From: Octopus sinensis
Taxonomy: Eukaryota
Assembly: GCF_006345805.1 (NCBI RefSeq)
Contig: NC_043008.1
Location: 75,144,001 to 75,208,000 of the forward strand
Direction: 5' to 3'
Length of the DNA stretch: 64,000 bases
Below the pieces are notes generated by a model. The model had not been told where the DNA came from. It did no database searches and saw nothing but the letters and a program-made list of their open reading frames with translations. The position numbers and the translations under genes are program-made. Shown here piece after piece: positions 27,633 through 40,414 of this stretch (the stretch's first letter is position 1; each line of letters begins with the position of its first letter).

Positions 27633-28964
27633 CATATATATAAATCAAAATTATATGCCTTGCGAAGAGGAAATTCTTGAATTCAAAGATCAGGTCTGAT
27701 TAACAAAAACACGTTAGACTAGTCCAAAATATAAATGAAAAAAAAACTGGAACGTGACATAAGTAACTCAGCCACAGAAGTACTTAGCAAATTCTTGATT
27801 TCGGAAGTGGGGAAAATCACCACTGAGTGGAGTGATGACTTGTAATAATGACTGGGTATATACTCCCTTGACCAATTTTCGCATGAACAACAGGAATTTA
27901 CACGGGAGCTAAAATATTTAATGCAATGAAAAAATATACATATTTTATTAATTAAGGCTATTCCAGCGTTGAAAAGCAAAATAATCCCACTTACTGAGCC
28001 CTATGAAGGGTCTTTGCAGTAGCTTGTGATGAAAGTTGAACCAGTTGATCACAATGATGTTAAACAATGTATCAAGACCCACCCACTCCTGTTTTCCCAT
28101 GATTCACGCACCCTTCCAACCTTCTTATTACTCAATGAAATTTATAACTAGATAGCACTCACTCGAGTACAAGTAGACCAGCGTATGGAATAAGGCCAGT
28201 GATTTTAATATGAGTACTTCATAGTGTTCAAAAATTATAAAATAAAAGGGAAAAAGTATTAGTTGCTGGATTAATATTTCAATTTTTCCAGCAAGTACGA
28301 AAACCAACGCTCGATACATTTCTTCTGTTATGTTTTCTTCTCTGGATTCTTCGGCAAAATATAAACTCCTACGAGATTAATGAATTAATATTGAACGAAT
28401 TACACAATAAATATTCTCAAAAATATCTCTCTTTTTGATGTGGAAAAGTAGAATGGTTTCGGAATTAAATAATTCAGCTCTGCCACCCACAAGATATCTA
28501 CTAGGTTAGTGTGAGTTTTAGAATATATATATATATAAATATTGAATAGACTTTAAAATATATCTTACTAGACTTTCGACAAGCTAATTGCCGTCCACCA
28601 TTTTTTATTATGTATTCTATTAAATATTTATCTATTTATTCATTCAAGTAATGGGTGAATAATATTTTATTGATTACAATGTGGAATGGAAAGTAGAATG
28701 ACGTTGTTGCTGTTGGGATTGTGGTAATTTACAAATACATACACACATATGCACACAAAAAACACATATAGCACTATACAGCTTTATACAAACACACTAA
28801 TGTGAGTACATATGTATAAATATGTGTGTGTGTTGTGTGTGTGTGTGAGTGTGCACACAAGCTACACATATATAGCGTGAGGTATATATAGATATATGTA
28901 TACATAGATATGTATATTTATATATATATATATATATATATGCATGTATCAGATATATGATATT

Positions 28965-29043
<79 letters not shown>

Positions 29044-29256
29044 TATATATAATATATATATATATATTCATATATATATATACATCGTACATGCACATAG
29101 CTATACGTATATACAACGATATATTTATATAAATATATCTTATTACATATACACACAAGTGTATACTCACACGCACACCCTTATAAATACCTATATACAT
29201 ATATACATACGTACATACACGGACACACGCATATGATTTTATATATGTATATATAT

Positions 29257-29288
<32 letters not shown>

Positions 29289-29298
29289 AATATCTCTG

Positions 29299-29342
<44 letters not shown>

Positions 29343-29860
29343 ATATATATATATATATATTATATATGTATATATAAAAGTAGACCACAAAACAACAGAC
29401 TTGATGGAGGCAGAATTGAAAAGAACTTGATCTATTTGCGTAAAAATTTCGGTGCACCATTGTTCGTAATATAAGTTCAAATATATAGAAGTTCCTATGT
29501 GTCTTTTATGGTTCACAGATCGATATAATGAGCGTCATTAATATTCTGGAGTTCATTCAATTGATTATAATTTCCCTATAAAATTTGCCTTCAGGTTAAT
29601 CGATATATATTAGTATTTGTGTATACCGAAACCGAAGGAGCGGCTAAGGTGGTAGATTACTGTGTGTGAAGCATTTCAATGTTTATTACTGTCGTCCTTC
29701 AAAATTCTCATAGGAAAGGGTACCGAGGGGATAGAAACTTTTCTTAATTCCATCTCCACCCATTCTCAAGGGTAATGTAATAAATATGTCAGACATATGG
29801 CCGTGTCAAGTGGAATAAATAATTTATCCTTTTGAAAATCCTCTACATTTGCCCTAGTGA

Positions 29861-29905
<45 letters not shown>

Positions 29906-31099
29906 TATATATCCTCACATACATAAATATACATGCACACACATATATATATACATATGTAAATGTGTATATCTTTATATATATATATGTGTGTATGTGT
30001 ATTTGTGTGTGTGTATGTGTGTGCATGTATATATAACATAAATTATACAGGAAGATGGGATAAACAGGCTTTAATTAGAGATTCCAAAATTTCATTGTAG
30101 TACTATTATATAAAATTGTTTTTTTTTGTAAATAATTATATAAATAAATATGATGCAGCAACAGGAGCGTGCCGGCACTTCACCAGGTAGTTTGCCAGGT
30201 TGCTTTTAAAGGGCTGCTGGATCACGTTCGATTCTCCACTGAATAGTTTATAAATTCAAGGCAACCAGATTAACAAACACATACACCCGCTCACACACAC
30301 ACACACAAATAAACACACACACACACAAACAAACACACACACACACAAACAAACACACACACACACAAAGGCTGAAGGGTATATCAGCCGAAATGTTGTG
30401 CTAACAACAAACAAGATGAGGACAAAAATCTGTCAAATATAAATAATGTAAATAACGTACAAGTTCCCTCATCTCTTACATATAGAGGTGAAAGGAAAAT
30501 TACTATATAAATAACCGTTATTAAGACAAAGGATCTATTAGAATGATCGTTAACCAAGGTAAGAAACCGAAGGGGAGGAAGTAAAATGTAAAACGTAAAG
30601 GAGTAACAAAGCTCATAGCAATCATGTATGCGCGCATGTACATACACACATGTGCGCACGCACACCCACGTACATGTGCCTACATGCATATGTTCACTCA
30701 GACTCGCATGAAACACTCACATGCGCACCCACACATACGTCAAATGGATGCACAAATATATGCAACCAAGTATGTACACGTATACAAATCCACAGACGCG
30801 CGCACACACACACACGTGCACATAACCATATGCGTACAGTTATATTCAAATATACACGGGCGCACACACACGGGCACGTAACCATACGCGCACAGTTATA
30901 TTCAAATGCACGTCTAAAAAACATAAATGCTAAATGTGCATATGCTCACACTCGTGTGTTTTAATGCCAATCAAATTTGGCTATGTGTTCCTATTTAGGC
31001 GTGTTCCGTATTTTTCGATAACTAGATTTCCTTTACTTAAACTTTCTGTGAAGATTGGTTGGATATAACCTGCACATTCGTCTATGTGTACGCTCAAAG

Positions 31100-32560
31100 G
31101 AATCCGTCTATACTGTGGTAAACGATCTGTTCCTTATGTAGTTTGGTTCTCCGTCTAAGTGCCATTCTTGGCTGTCCTATATAGTTACGTCCGCAACTCG
31201 AAGAAGATATAACATAAAATAGATTCTCAGAAGTATAAGTGAAGTTCGTTTAATTGTGAACCTCTCTCCTTGTTTGAATGGGAATTCCGAGACTTCCAGC
31301 TGGATGGGGCATGTTCCATAGTTTGGACGACCACATTATTTAACCATTGTTTTAGTGGTTGACGTAAAGCTTCGCATTTAACTGAAGTCTTTTCAGCGAT
31401 TTGGGTTGCTTTTTGCATTTGATAAATTTATGTGTTTTCAGAATGTTGTTCGAGTTTGGATTCCTAGTGAGCATAGGTGAATTTTGTAAAATAGTGTTGT
31501 ATGCCTCATTGTTTCAAGGGTTGTGCTTTGATTTATATGGTAGTGCTTTGATTTATATGGTAGTGCTTTGATTTATATGGTAGTGCTTTGAGATGTTATG
31601 CGGTTTTACGTTTTGTTTCCCTTAATGTTTTAATGCCTAATTTCTTGGCACGCTTAATTCCATCGTTTATAAATGAGGATGGATATTGTCTCTCAGTTAG
31701 TGTTGTCCTGACGTCTTGAAGAGAGAGGTCCCGGGTATTTCCATCCTTCACTACAAATCCTCTTTGCTAAATTAAAGGGGACATTCCTTTTGATGTTTTT
31801 CGGGTGGTATGAGCTAAACAGAAGTTATTGTTTCGAGTCCGTTGGCTTAAGATAAATGTAAGTTAAAATTTGGTTGTTGACTTTTCTTATCGTAATATCT
31901 AAGAAAGGGAACTGTTCTTTGCTATATTCCTTTGTAAATTGAATGTTCGGTTTTATTTTATTTATTTATTATATTTAGATCTAAATTCCAAGATTTTATA
32001 ATTTGGAATGTCCAAATGATAAAGCAATGTTCCGGATATCTTTTCTAGTTTTTTCTTATATAATGGTGAAATGGATATCCATATTTTTGCAGTGACACTT
32101 CATATATGGTGAATTCAAAATATCCCATTATTAGGTTCTCAAGGATACGGGCTGCTTTTGATCCCATCGCTATTACGCATTTTTGACTATAGTAGGCGGC
32201 GTCAAATAGGAAATAATTGTTCTGACGTATAAATTTTAATGTTTTGATTATATAAACCTGGTTTATGCGTTCCGGAAGTTCTTCAGAGTAATTTTCCAGC
32301 CAAAATTTTATTGCTTATGTTTCATAGTCATGTGGGATGTCGGTGTAAAGATTAGAAACATCGAAGGAAACCAATAATGTTTCTTCATTAGTTGTCTTTG
32401 GTTGGTGCTCAAGCATATCTAGACCGTCACTAATGAAATGTTTGAAGTATTTCAGAAAAGGTTACAGTAGGATGTCTAGAAAGTTGTTTAGGAGGTGAGT
32501 TTCACAGCCTGGGCCACTTCTTATGAGTCTTAACTTTAAATCTTCAGACGCTAAAATCTT
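31100..32560 (-). mobile_element. Penelope-like element remnant
   Basis: Minus-strand MGSKAARILENLIMGY and FTKEYSKEQFPFLDITI are Penelope-type RT motifs. Contains a 20-bp x3.4 tandem duplication at 31523-31591. Confidence 0.7.
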
Positions 32561-32729
32561 CTTAAGAAAATACAAAATTACAATTATTTCAATGGCATGA
32601 TTAGCGAAAGTGAAACCGGTCGACAAACACAATAATCATTCACTTATGAAATATATAAAAAATGTATTAAAACTATGTCAACTGTGTGCATTTCTCTTTT
32701 GTTATTTTATATTCTTATTCTTTTATTTT

Positions 32730-33255
32730 TTACTTGCTTCAGTCATTTGACTGCAGCCATGCTGGGGCACCGCCTTTAGTCGAGTAAATCGACCCCAGGA
32801 CTTATTATTTGCAAGCCTAGTACTATCCCATCGGTCGCTTGTGGCGAACCTCTAAGTTACGGGGACATAAACACGTGAATGTGCGATTCACATACATTCA
32901 CACACATACTTATACGCACATGCACATACAGACACCAACGCGCCGTACCAACCCACAGGGGTGCTCCTCTATGCATACATCTACACTTGCCTCTACTATA
33001 GCCACGGGCCGACCGGATACTGAAAGAAGCCCGTCGTATATATATATGTATGTGTTTGTGTGTCTGTGTTTGTCCCCCCAACATCGCTTGACAACCGATG
33101 CTCGTGTGTTTACGTCCCTGTAGCTTAGCGGTTCGGCAAAAGGGTAAAATAGAATAAGTACTAGGCTTACAAAGAATAAGTCCTAGGGTCGATTTGCTCG
33201 ACTAAAGACGGTGCGACAGCATGGCCACACTCAAATGACTGAAACAAGTAAAAGA
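32730..33255. mobile_element. Two partial SINE copies in opposite orientation
   Basis: Minus-strand 3' half at 32730-32875 and plus-strand 3' half at 32985-33255. Confidence 0.8.
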
Positions 33256-33340
33256 ATATATACGTATATAACATAGATAAATCGATACTTAGCTAGAATC
33301 AAAGAAAGATAGATAGGTAGATAGATAGACAGACAGGCAG

Positions 33341-33399
<59 letters not shown>

Positions 33400-34958
33400 C
33401 AGACAGACAAATAGATATGCTTTTATAGTCATGTTTTGTTTAGAAGTCAGATTTGACTAAGCTATGGCACCACCATTATAACACACCCACACATGTACAC
33501 ACACACGCACATACGAGCAAACGCACATACACACACACGCACGCATACATCTACACACCTATGGTTACTGCTTACTAAACACCAGTCTCACAATGTTTAA
33601 AAGGATGGAGAAAATTATGGAATTTTATAACATCCTTGACAATACTAACACCTATTATCATGGGAGAATGAGATGACTTTCATCGAAAATACACAGCTTC
33701 ATTGTTCTCTTGTCCTTCATGGGCTCTCCTTCAAGTAACAATGTCTGATGTGTTATTATTTCGTATGTTACATCACAATGACAGTGTCACTAGAGTGCTT
33801 GCCGATTTGCTAGATACAGCAGATTTTGTTATGCTCAAATCTCATCCTTCTCAATTGATAAAAAAATAAAACGCATACAATAGATAATGTACAAACAGGA
33901 ATGGTTATAGTTGGAATGGTCAGCGTGCGTGTTTAGGACTAACTGAATTAACAACAAAAACTTGCAATGATGTTTTGTGAAATAGTTTCATTATCTCAAA
34001 AACAATAGACACTTTAAAAGGAGATTGCATGACATTAATGCCGGTTCCGTTCGTATTAATATCGAAGGGAAGGTAAATGTTGATATGTACAAAACGACAT
34101 TGGGTTGGATATTTGGTGGAAAGAATATTTTAACATCAGACAACGGAACCCTGAATGACATATATGAAAAGGGTAGCAGTTACCGGTCTCACTCGGTTTA
34201 TAATTGTTTAAAATAAACACAACCACAGGAATTCAATATATTTGCAATGAAATAACTATAAAAGTTTCAGTTAATTTTCTGTTTATTCAATCAGAATTTC
34301 TACATCGACATCATGCATAAACTTCTTCATAAAACTGCGCCAAAAAACCTTTTGTTGTGGTAAAACAAGTTATTTCCAAGATAATGTACAAATTTACATA
34401 TTTACTAATTAACTATATAATTACATAATTATGTAAAAGATTTATTCTAAGCAGTAACTTTTCCATTGTCTATTGCAGAAGTACCTAGGGAGATATGATA
34501 TTTATATATACACGTGCATGTATTTGTGTGCGTGTGTATGCATGTGTAAGTTTGAGTGTATGTCTGTGTGTATATTATTTTTTCTACTATTGTCAGTGGC
34601 TGAAAATTTTTGAATAACTTCCAGAATAATTGTTAGAATAAATTATGTAGACTGGGTTTTCTTTAAAAGATGCGCCACGCTGCAAAATGTTATCAGCTCA
34701 GTGGTAAATATGTGGTGTACAACTAGAAGTATGCATACATACATACATACATATACAGGTATGCATATATACATGCATATATACATATACATATATATAT
34801 ATATGCATACATATATATATATATATATATATATGCATACATATATATATATATATATATGCATACATATATATATATGCATACATATATATATATATAT
34901 ATTATATATATATATATGCATACATATATATATTATATATATATATATATTATATATG

Positions 34959-35020
<62 letters not shown>

Positions 35021-35039
35021 GTTTGTGTGTGTGTATAAA

Positions 35040-35285
35040 GCAGCACTCTGTCGGTTTCGAAGACGAAGGACTCATCTGATACCATCCCATCAACGGAACA
35101 GTTTGCTCGTTAAATTAGACAAGGCTGGCCCTTTGAAATACAGGTACTACCCACTATTACCAAATCAGTGGACTGGAGCAACATTAAGTAAAGCATCTTG
35201 CTCAAGGACACAACGCGTCGCCGGGAATTGAACACACGACCTTACGATCATGAGCAGAATATCCTATACACTAAGCCGCACGTCT
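35040..35285 (-). mobile_element. Second tRNA-derived SINE family
   Basis: Minus strand GGCTTAGTG...GTTCAATTCCC head followed by GTTGTGTCCTTGAGCAAG (V/CORE-like body). Confidence 0.7.
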
Positions 35286-35661
35286 TCACACACACACACA
35301 CATATATATATATACAAGTGAGTGGACTAACGAAAGAAAGGTACTCAACTGATTTATTGGGAGTTACATGCATCGATCAAAACAGTTTGATACAAATTCG
35401 TTGGTATTTTAAAGTTTCAAGCACGATGCTAGCCGTCAGCCATTTTGAATGCAATATATATATATATATGTATATCAAAATGTGACCGCGTGTGTACCGT
35501 TGGCGATTTTTTTCCTCCGTCTACCCTTCTCTGGAGCTTTTCTTCTCCAATGTTTCCGACGAAGAGCTCCGCTTCTTTCCTTCTTTCCTGAGCGTCCAAT
35601 AATACTATATTTGTTCCACGTCCTCGCATTGTTGAGTTTTTTTGTGCTTTCATGTTTGGAT

Positions 35662-35696
<35 letters not shown>

Positions 35697-35949
35697 GCTT
35701 ATATACGATATGTATGCATGAATATGTACATATTAATACACATACACACCATATACGCATGTATACATACATTCAAATATGCATTCATACATAATTAAAT
35801 CTTCACGGCTGATTGCCGTTTTTCTGATATTTCTGACATTCTGTCTATGATATTTCAGATGACTACTCAGTCGCAATGGAGATCTGCACGATTTCAAGCA
35901 TGGGTGACAGAGAAAAGTTGTAACTTCCACTGGATTGATAGGATCAATC

Positions 35950-36540
35950 AGATATGATCTTTCTGAACTGACACACTCTACAAACTTCGAATCAAGGCGA
36001 TATTATTTGTCCAGAACACTTTTCAATATTCTTTGCTGTTCTATTAACGCATGCATTCCTCAAGCATCATAAGGATGTCCTCTTGCAGTTCAGAACTACA
36101 GGAAGAGTTTTCATCTTGAGATGTTTTATGCAAATGATTTTGACTTTATGTCTCACACCACTGATAACATACAACATATTATGGATCGTGTTACAGCTTC
36201 ATGTTGGGACTTTGGCCTAACTGTAAGTTTGAAAAGAAAATGTGTTCCCTCCTGCACTCCGTATAGCGAGTCAGATATTATAGTATAAGGTAAAAGAATG
36301 GAGGTAGTTGACACTTATTTACTTTCGGATTTTATTGTCGAGAGAAGGCTTCCTAATTGTAGAAATACATCTACGCATTCTGAAGCATGTGCAGCATCTG
36401 TAGCATGTGGGGATCTTGAAAAGAGAATCTGGGCAAATCGCCGCATCACCATGAAACCAAGCTGAGGATTTACAAATCTTGCGTGCAAACGGCTCTATTG
36501 TACTCTTCTGATGTATGGACAGTATACCATATGCCTGAGC
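35950..36540 (+). mobile_element. Old RTE-like RT fragment
   Basis: Decayed FYANDFDFMSHTTDNIQHIMDRVTASCWDFGLTVS parallels the YADD region of the 25.4-kb RTE copy. Confidence 0.6.
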
Positions 36541-36597
36541 GGCGCTTTCAGCAAGTGGTAAAATGAAACACCGAACTTAAACCTAAAGATACATACA

Positions 36598-36631
<34 letters not shown>

Positions 36632-36633
<2 letters not shown>

Positions 36634-36938
36634 TATAAGAATTTATTTGCGTAATAAGATAAAAAAGACCAAGGCTGTATAGATATTAGAGCATTCATAG
36701 ACAGAATGTCTTACAGCTGTTTCTGGGATATTAATTAATAATAATATCCCTTCATCGGAGACGGTGTGAGAGGAAAATTTGACTTAATATGACTTAATTT
36801 TCCTCTCACACTGTCTCCGATGAAGGGATATTATTATTAATTAATATCCCAGAAACAGATGTAAGACCTATCTATGAATGCTCTAATATCTATACAACCT
36901 TGGTTTTTTTATCTTATTACGCAAAAAATTCTTATATA
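36632..36938. repeat. Fold-back element (about 148-bp arms, 16-nt spacer) with a hammerhead-like motif in each arm
   Basis: The arms are reverse complements. Motif GUCU-CCGAUGA-A-GGGAUAUU..AAUAUCCC-A-GAAAC-AGCU-GUA/AGAC at 36708-36762 (-) and 36813-36867 (+, loop AGAU). Confidence 0.85.
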
Positions 36939-37402
36939 CACACGCTGACATAGAACCAACGTTAAACCCTTTATTTGCAAAATGATCGAATCTGGAATTT
37001 AACTATGGTCTGTTTATAGCACTTATTCAGCATTACCTGACACCTTTAAGTCCCAATGACACCATTACCTCTTATATATATATGTGTGTGTGTGTGTATA
37101 TATAAGCATGCACACATGGATACATACATACATCCATGCATATATACTTACAATCTTACTTATTTGCACACACATACATAAATGCATACACACGTGGTTA
37201 GATTCATAGACTTCAGGATATTCGAGATAAGGGGGAACTGACGAATAAAATATCCTTATGCCTTGGAAAAACAGCTTAGTCATGCGTAGAACGACTTCGA
37301 GCATAGCTTTACTCGTCCATAATGGATGTAAAGTAAAAAAAAAAAGCCAACAACAAGAACAATAAGAATAGCAACAATAGTGATTCGTGAGATAATTTGA
37401 CA

Positions 37403-37426
37403 TTTATTCGATGCTTGCATTTTATT
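37403..37426 (-). terminator. Two AATAAA polyadenylation signals
   Basis: AATAAA on the minus strand at 37426-37421 and 37408-37403, about 30-50 nt after the stop codon. Confidence 0.75.
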
Positions 37427-37454
37427 GTTTTCAATACAATAATCAAATCGTGTT

Positions 37455-37616
37455 TTAAGTATTTCTCATTCTGTTAATCCAAGACACGAAATGTGCCACA
37501 TTTTCGTAAACGCCCATTCCATTCTGACATTTAGCTTCACCATAAGAAGTTGTACCTACTATAGTTAATTCTTCAGTTACTGCATTGAAACACATCAAAG
37601 GACCACCAGAATCTCC
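37455..37616 (-). CDS. S1 serine protease, exon 6 (catalytic Ser, stop)
   Basis: TTTACAG acceptor. Encodes GDSGGPLMCFNAVTEELTIVGTTSYGEAKCQNGMGVYENVAHFVSWINRMRNT-TAA. Not in the ORF track because it is under 60 aa. Total spliced CDS is 825 nt. Confidence 0.95.
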   Translation of the reverse strand, partial: GDSGGPLMCFNAVTEELTIVGTTSYGEAKCQNGMGVYENVAHFVSWINRMRNT

Positions 37617-39279
37617 CTGTAAAATTAAATAATATCAGCATGTAAAGAACGAATGAAACATTTTCAGAAATAATTTTGTTTCATAATTTTCATAATTAAT
37701 TTTTAACACGCAAATTAAAACTGAAGCTCAATTAATTACTAGTGATATGTGTAGTTTTTTTCTCTTGAAATCATATAGTAATAGTAGTATGGGAGAAATG
37801 CGCTTCTGGTATGTTTGTAGTATTCAGTTGTGATGCTATGTTGTACAACAGTATAAACCTATAGATTTAAACAAGTACTAACTGAATTAAGTAAAACTGA
37901 TTCAATGCACTCGTCATCACATGGGATTATCTGAGATTGTTTAGACAAAGACAGTCTTTTAGAATGTCCAGTAAATTTAACAGATCTAAGTTTTGATGCA
38001 AAGCGCTAACGTATATCGATATATTTATTCTGTACTATATCATAAGAAAGAATAAAATTCTGGTAACATTTCGCTTCCTTGCAAAGACACTGAGAAACCT
38101 ATATGAACAGAGATAATAATGAATATTAAAAGCCTGTATAATGTATTAATCAAAATTCTAGATCATGTGCCACAGGATATATTTCAGGATTTAATCTGAT
38201 TTTGATATAAAATAGCAAGAAGAAGAAGAAGAAAGAGAAGAAGAAGAAGAAGAACAACAACAACAACAACAATAACAAAAGAAACCAAACCAATGGCTTT
38301 GAGAAATGCATGAATGTCACATAATCTCATTTCGTTGGCGGAGAAATTGATTCTATTGATGTTCGTTAAAACAATATAAAATGGGAATAGGAATTCACGT
38401 GCACAATATACATATGTAGAGAGACAGACAAAGAATAATATGCGTAAGGAATAAATTAATATGAAACTTGCGTATGCAATTTACTTGATATAATCAGATT
38501 CATCTTTACAGCTGTTTTGAAGAAGAAGAAGAAGAAGGAGTTGATATAGCAATACACACGCACATTATTCTTTCTAACTTAGAAGGCCTGAAAACTTGTG
38601 GGAGAGGACAGTGAAATACGTCGACCAGTGCTCGACCGGCATTTATTTCATCAATTCAAAAGGGTGAAATTTGAACATACAGCTGGAGTTAGTTAATTTT
38701 TTGGCTCAAAAAGCAAAAAGCAAGGCCATGTAGGGGGACATGGAGTTATGTGCAGGGTGGTGTTCATGTAAAGAGTTCAGGCCACTTGAGGTCAAGGGAG
38801 ACTTTGAACCGAGCGGTCAAGCACTTTGTCCAGTTAATGATCCTGAAAGCTCGACTTATATACATATATTATATATGTGTGTGCGTGCATGTTCCTGTGT
38901 CTGCATGTGTGGGTGCGCGCGCTCGTGTGAGTCTGTGTGTATGTGACTATGTATGTATGTAAGTTTATTGATAATACAAATATTGTGTGAAAAACCTTTT
39001 GTATCTCAAACTTTAATTAATAGTTCAAACAAAGCACACACGAAAAGCGTTTATTCATAAAAATATATATGATCATATTCTATTGTTTGTTTCCTAAAGC
39101 TCAATTCTACGCTTATATCAGGCTTTCGGCTGGTTTAGAGGCAAAAATCTACATACACCCGTTAATAACCTCATCCATATTGCTAAACCTTCACCTGGGC
39201 ATAAAATGAGGCATGGCTCGGAAAAGGTGGTAGTCTGATGGTACAAGATCTGTAGCAGAGTGAGACAAGACTTCCAGCC

Positions 39280-39790
39280 GCCCAAGTTTCTCAAGTTCTC
39301 GCTTGGTCATATTGGCAAGTGTGCACTGGTGCACTGTCATATTGTAAGAGCGAGCGTCTGGGATTGACCAACACCGAATAGCGAGCTTTTAAATCATCAC
39401 ATACTGGTTGCAGTTGGGCATAAAGTTTAACTTTCACAGTATGACCATGTGGGATAAGCTCAAAGTGCAACAACGTCTCTAAATTCTACCAAACACACAA
39501 CATGACCTTCTGTTCAAATCGCCCTTGTATGACAACCGGTTCTGAAGCCTGGTCGGAACGAGGCCACTGATTTCCGTTTCTAAAACTACAAAAATAAATC
39601 CATTTTTCATCCCCAGTTATAATTCGACGCCAAAAACGGGATCTCGAGGATTTGCGCTCAGTTCTTTGCAACTATTTACAGGTTTTTAAGCCCGATCATA
39701 GGTAAGCTCATGAGAAACCTTTCGACAGCGTCTGTTCACAAGAACATGTTTATGGAAGTGTCATTGATTGGTGTTTTGTAAAGGACCAAC
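39280..39790 (-). mobile_element. mariner transposase remnant (catalytic domain)
   Basis: RIITGDEKWIYF, KVMLCVW, HFELIPHGHTV and LLQYDSAPVHT. Confidence 0.85.
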
Positions 39791-40274
39791 TTTTGTCGAT
39801 AATATACGTGTACTTGTGGTTGGCTGTTCAGCCATTTCAAGCAAGGACACATCTTCCACAGCAGATCTTCTTGATCTTGCTTTTTCTTCGAGGCTGGTGG
39901 CACCTTGAAGCGTCTGAATCAGTTTTGTGCAACATGTTCGTTGACAGTTCTTCGGCCTTCCACATCATTAATTTATTTTGCTGCTGTCCTTCCACTCATT
40001 TCCTTTTTTTTTTCACGGGTAGCGTAAAACGGTACTAATTACAATTTTTAACCACTCATTACCAAAGCTCTAGAATAAAAAAATAAACAGATAATATTCA
40101 AATGTTATATATGAAAATAAAAAATAAACAAATCAGCAACGGTTAACAATAATCTATATCAAATTAATGATATAACATGGAGGTACCAGTTGCAAAATAT
40201 ATAATCAGGTGAAACAAACAAAAAAACTTTTGGCTCCACATAGTAACTTTATAGTACAGAAAAAATATATTTAC

Positions 40275-40414
40275 ATGGCATGCTTCTGGACCCATCCAGT
40301 GACCTGATCCTCCACAAACTTGTTGACTGGTGACATCTGGAAAGAACATTCTGCATTCAGAAGGTAAGAACAGTTGGACTCGAGCAGTTTTTAAATATTG
40401 TGTTGGTTTTCCAG
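40275..40414 (-). CDS. S1 serine protease, exon 5
   Basis: TTCCAG acceptor. Encodes (A)GKPTQYLKTARVQLFLPSECRMFFPDVTSQQVCGGSGHWMGPEACH, then a GTAAAT donor, phase 0. Confidence 0.93.
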
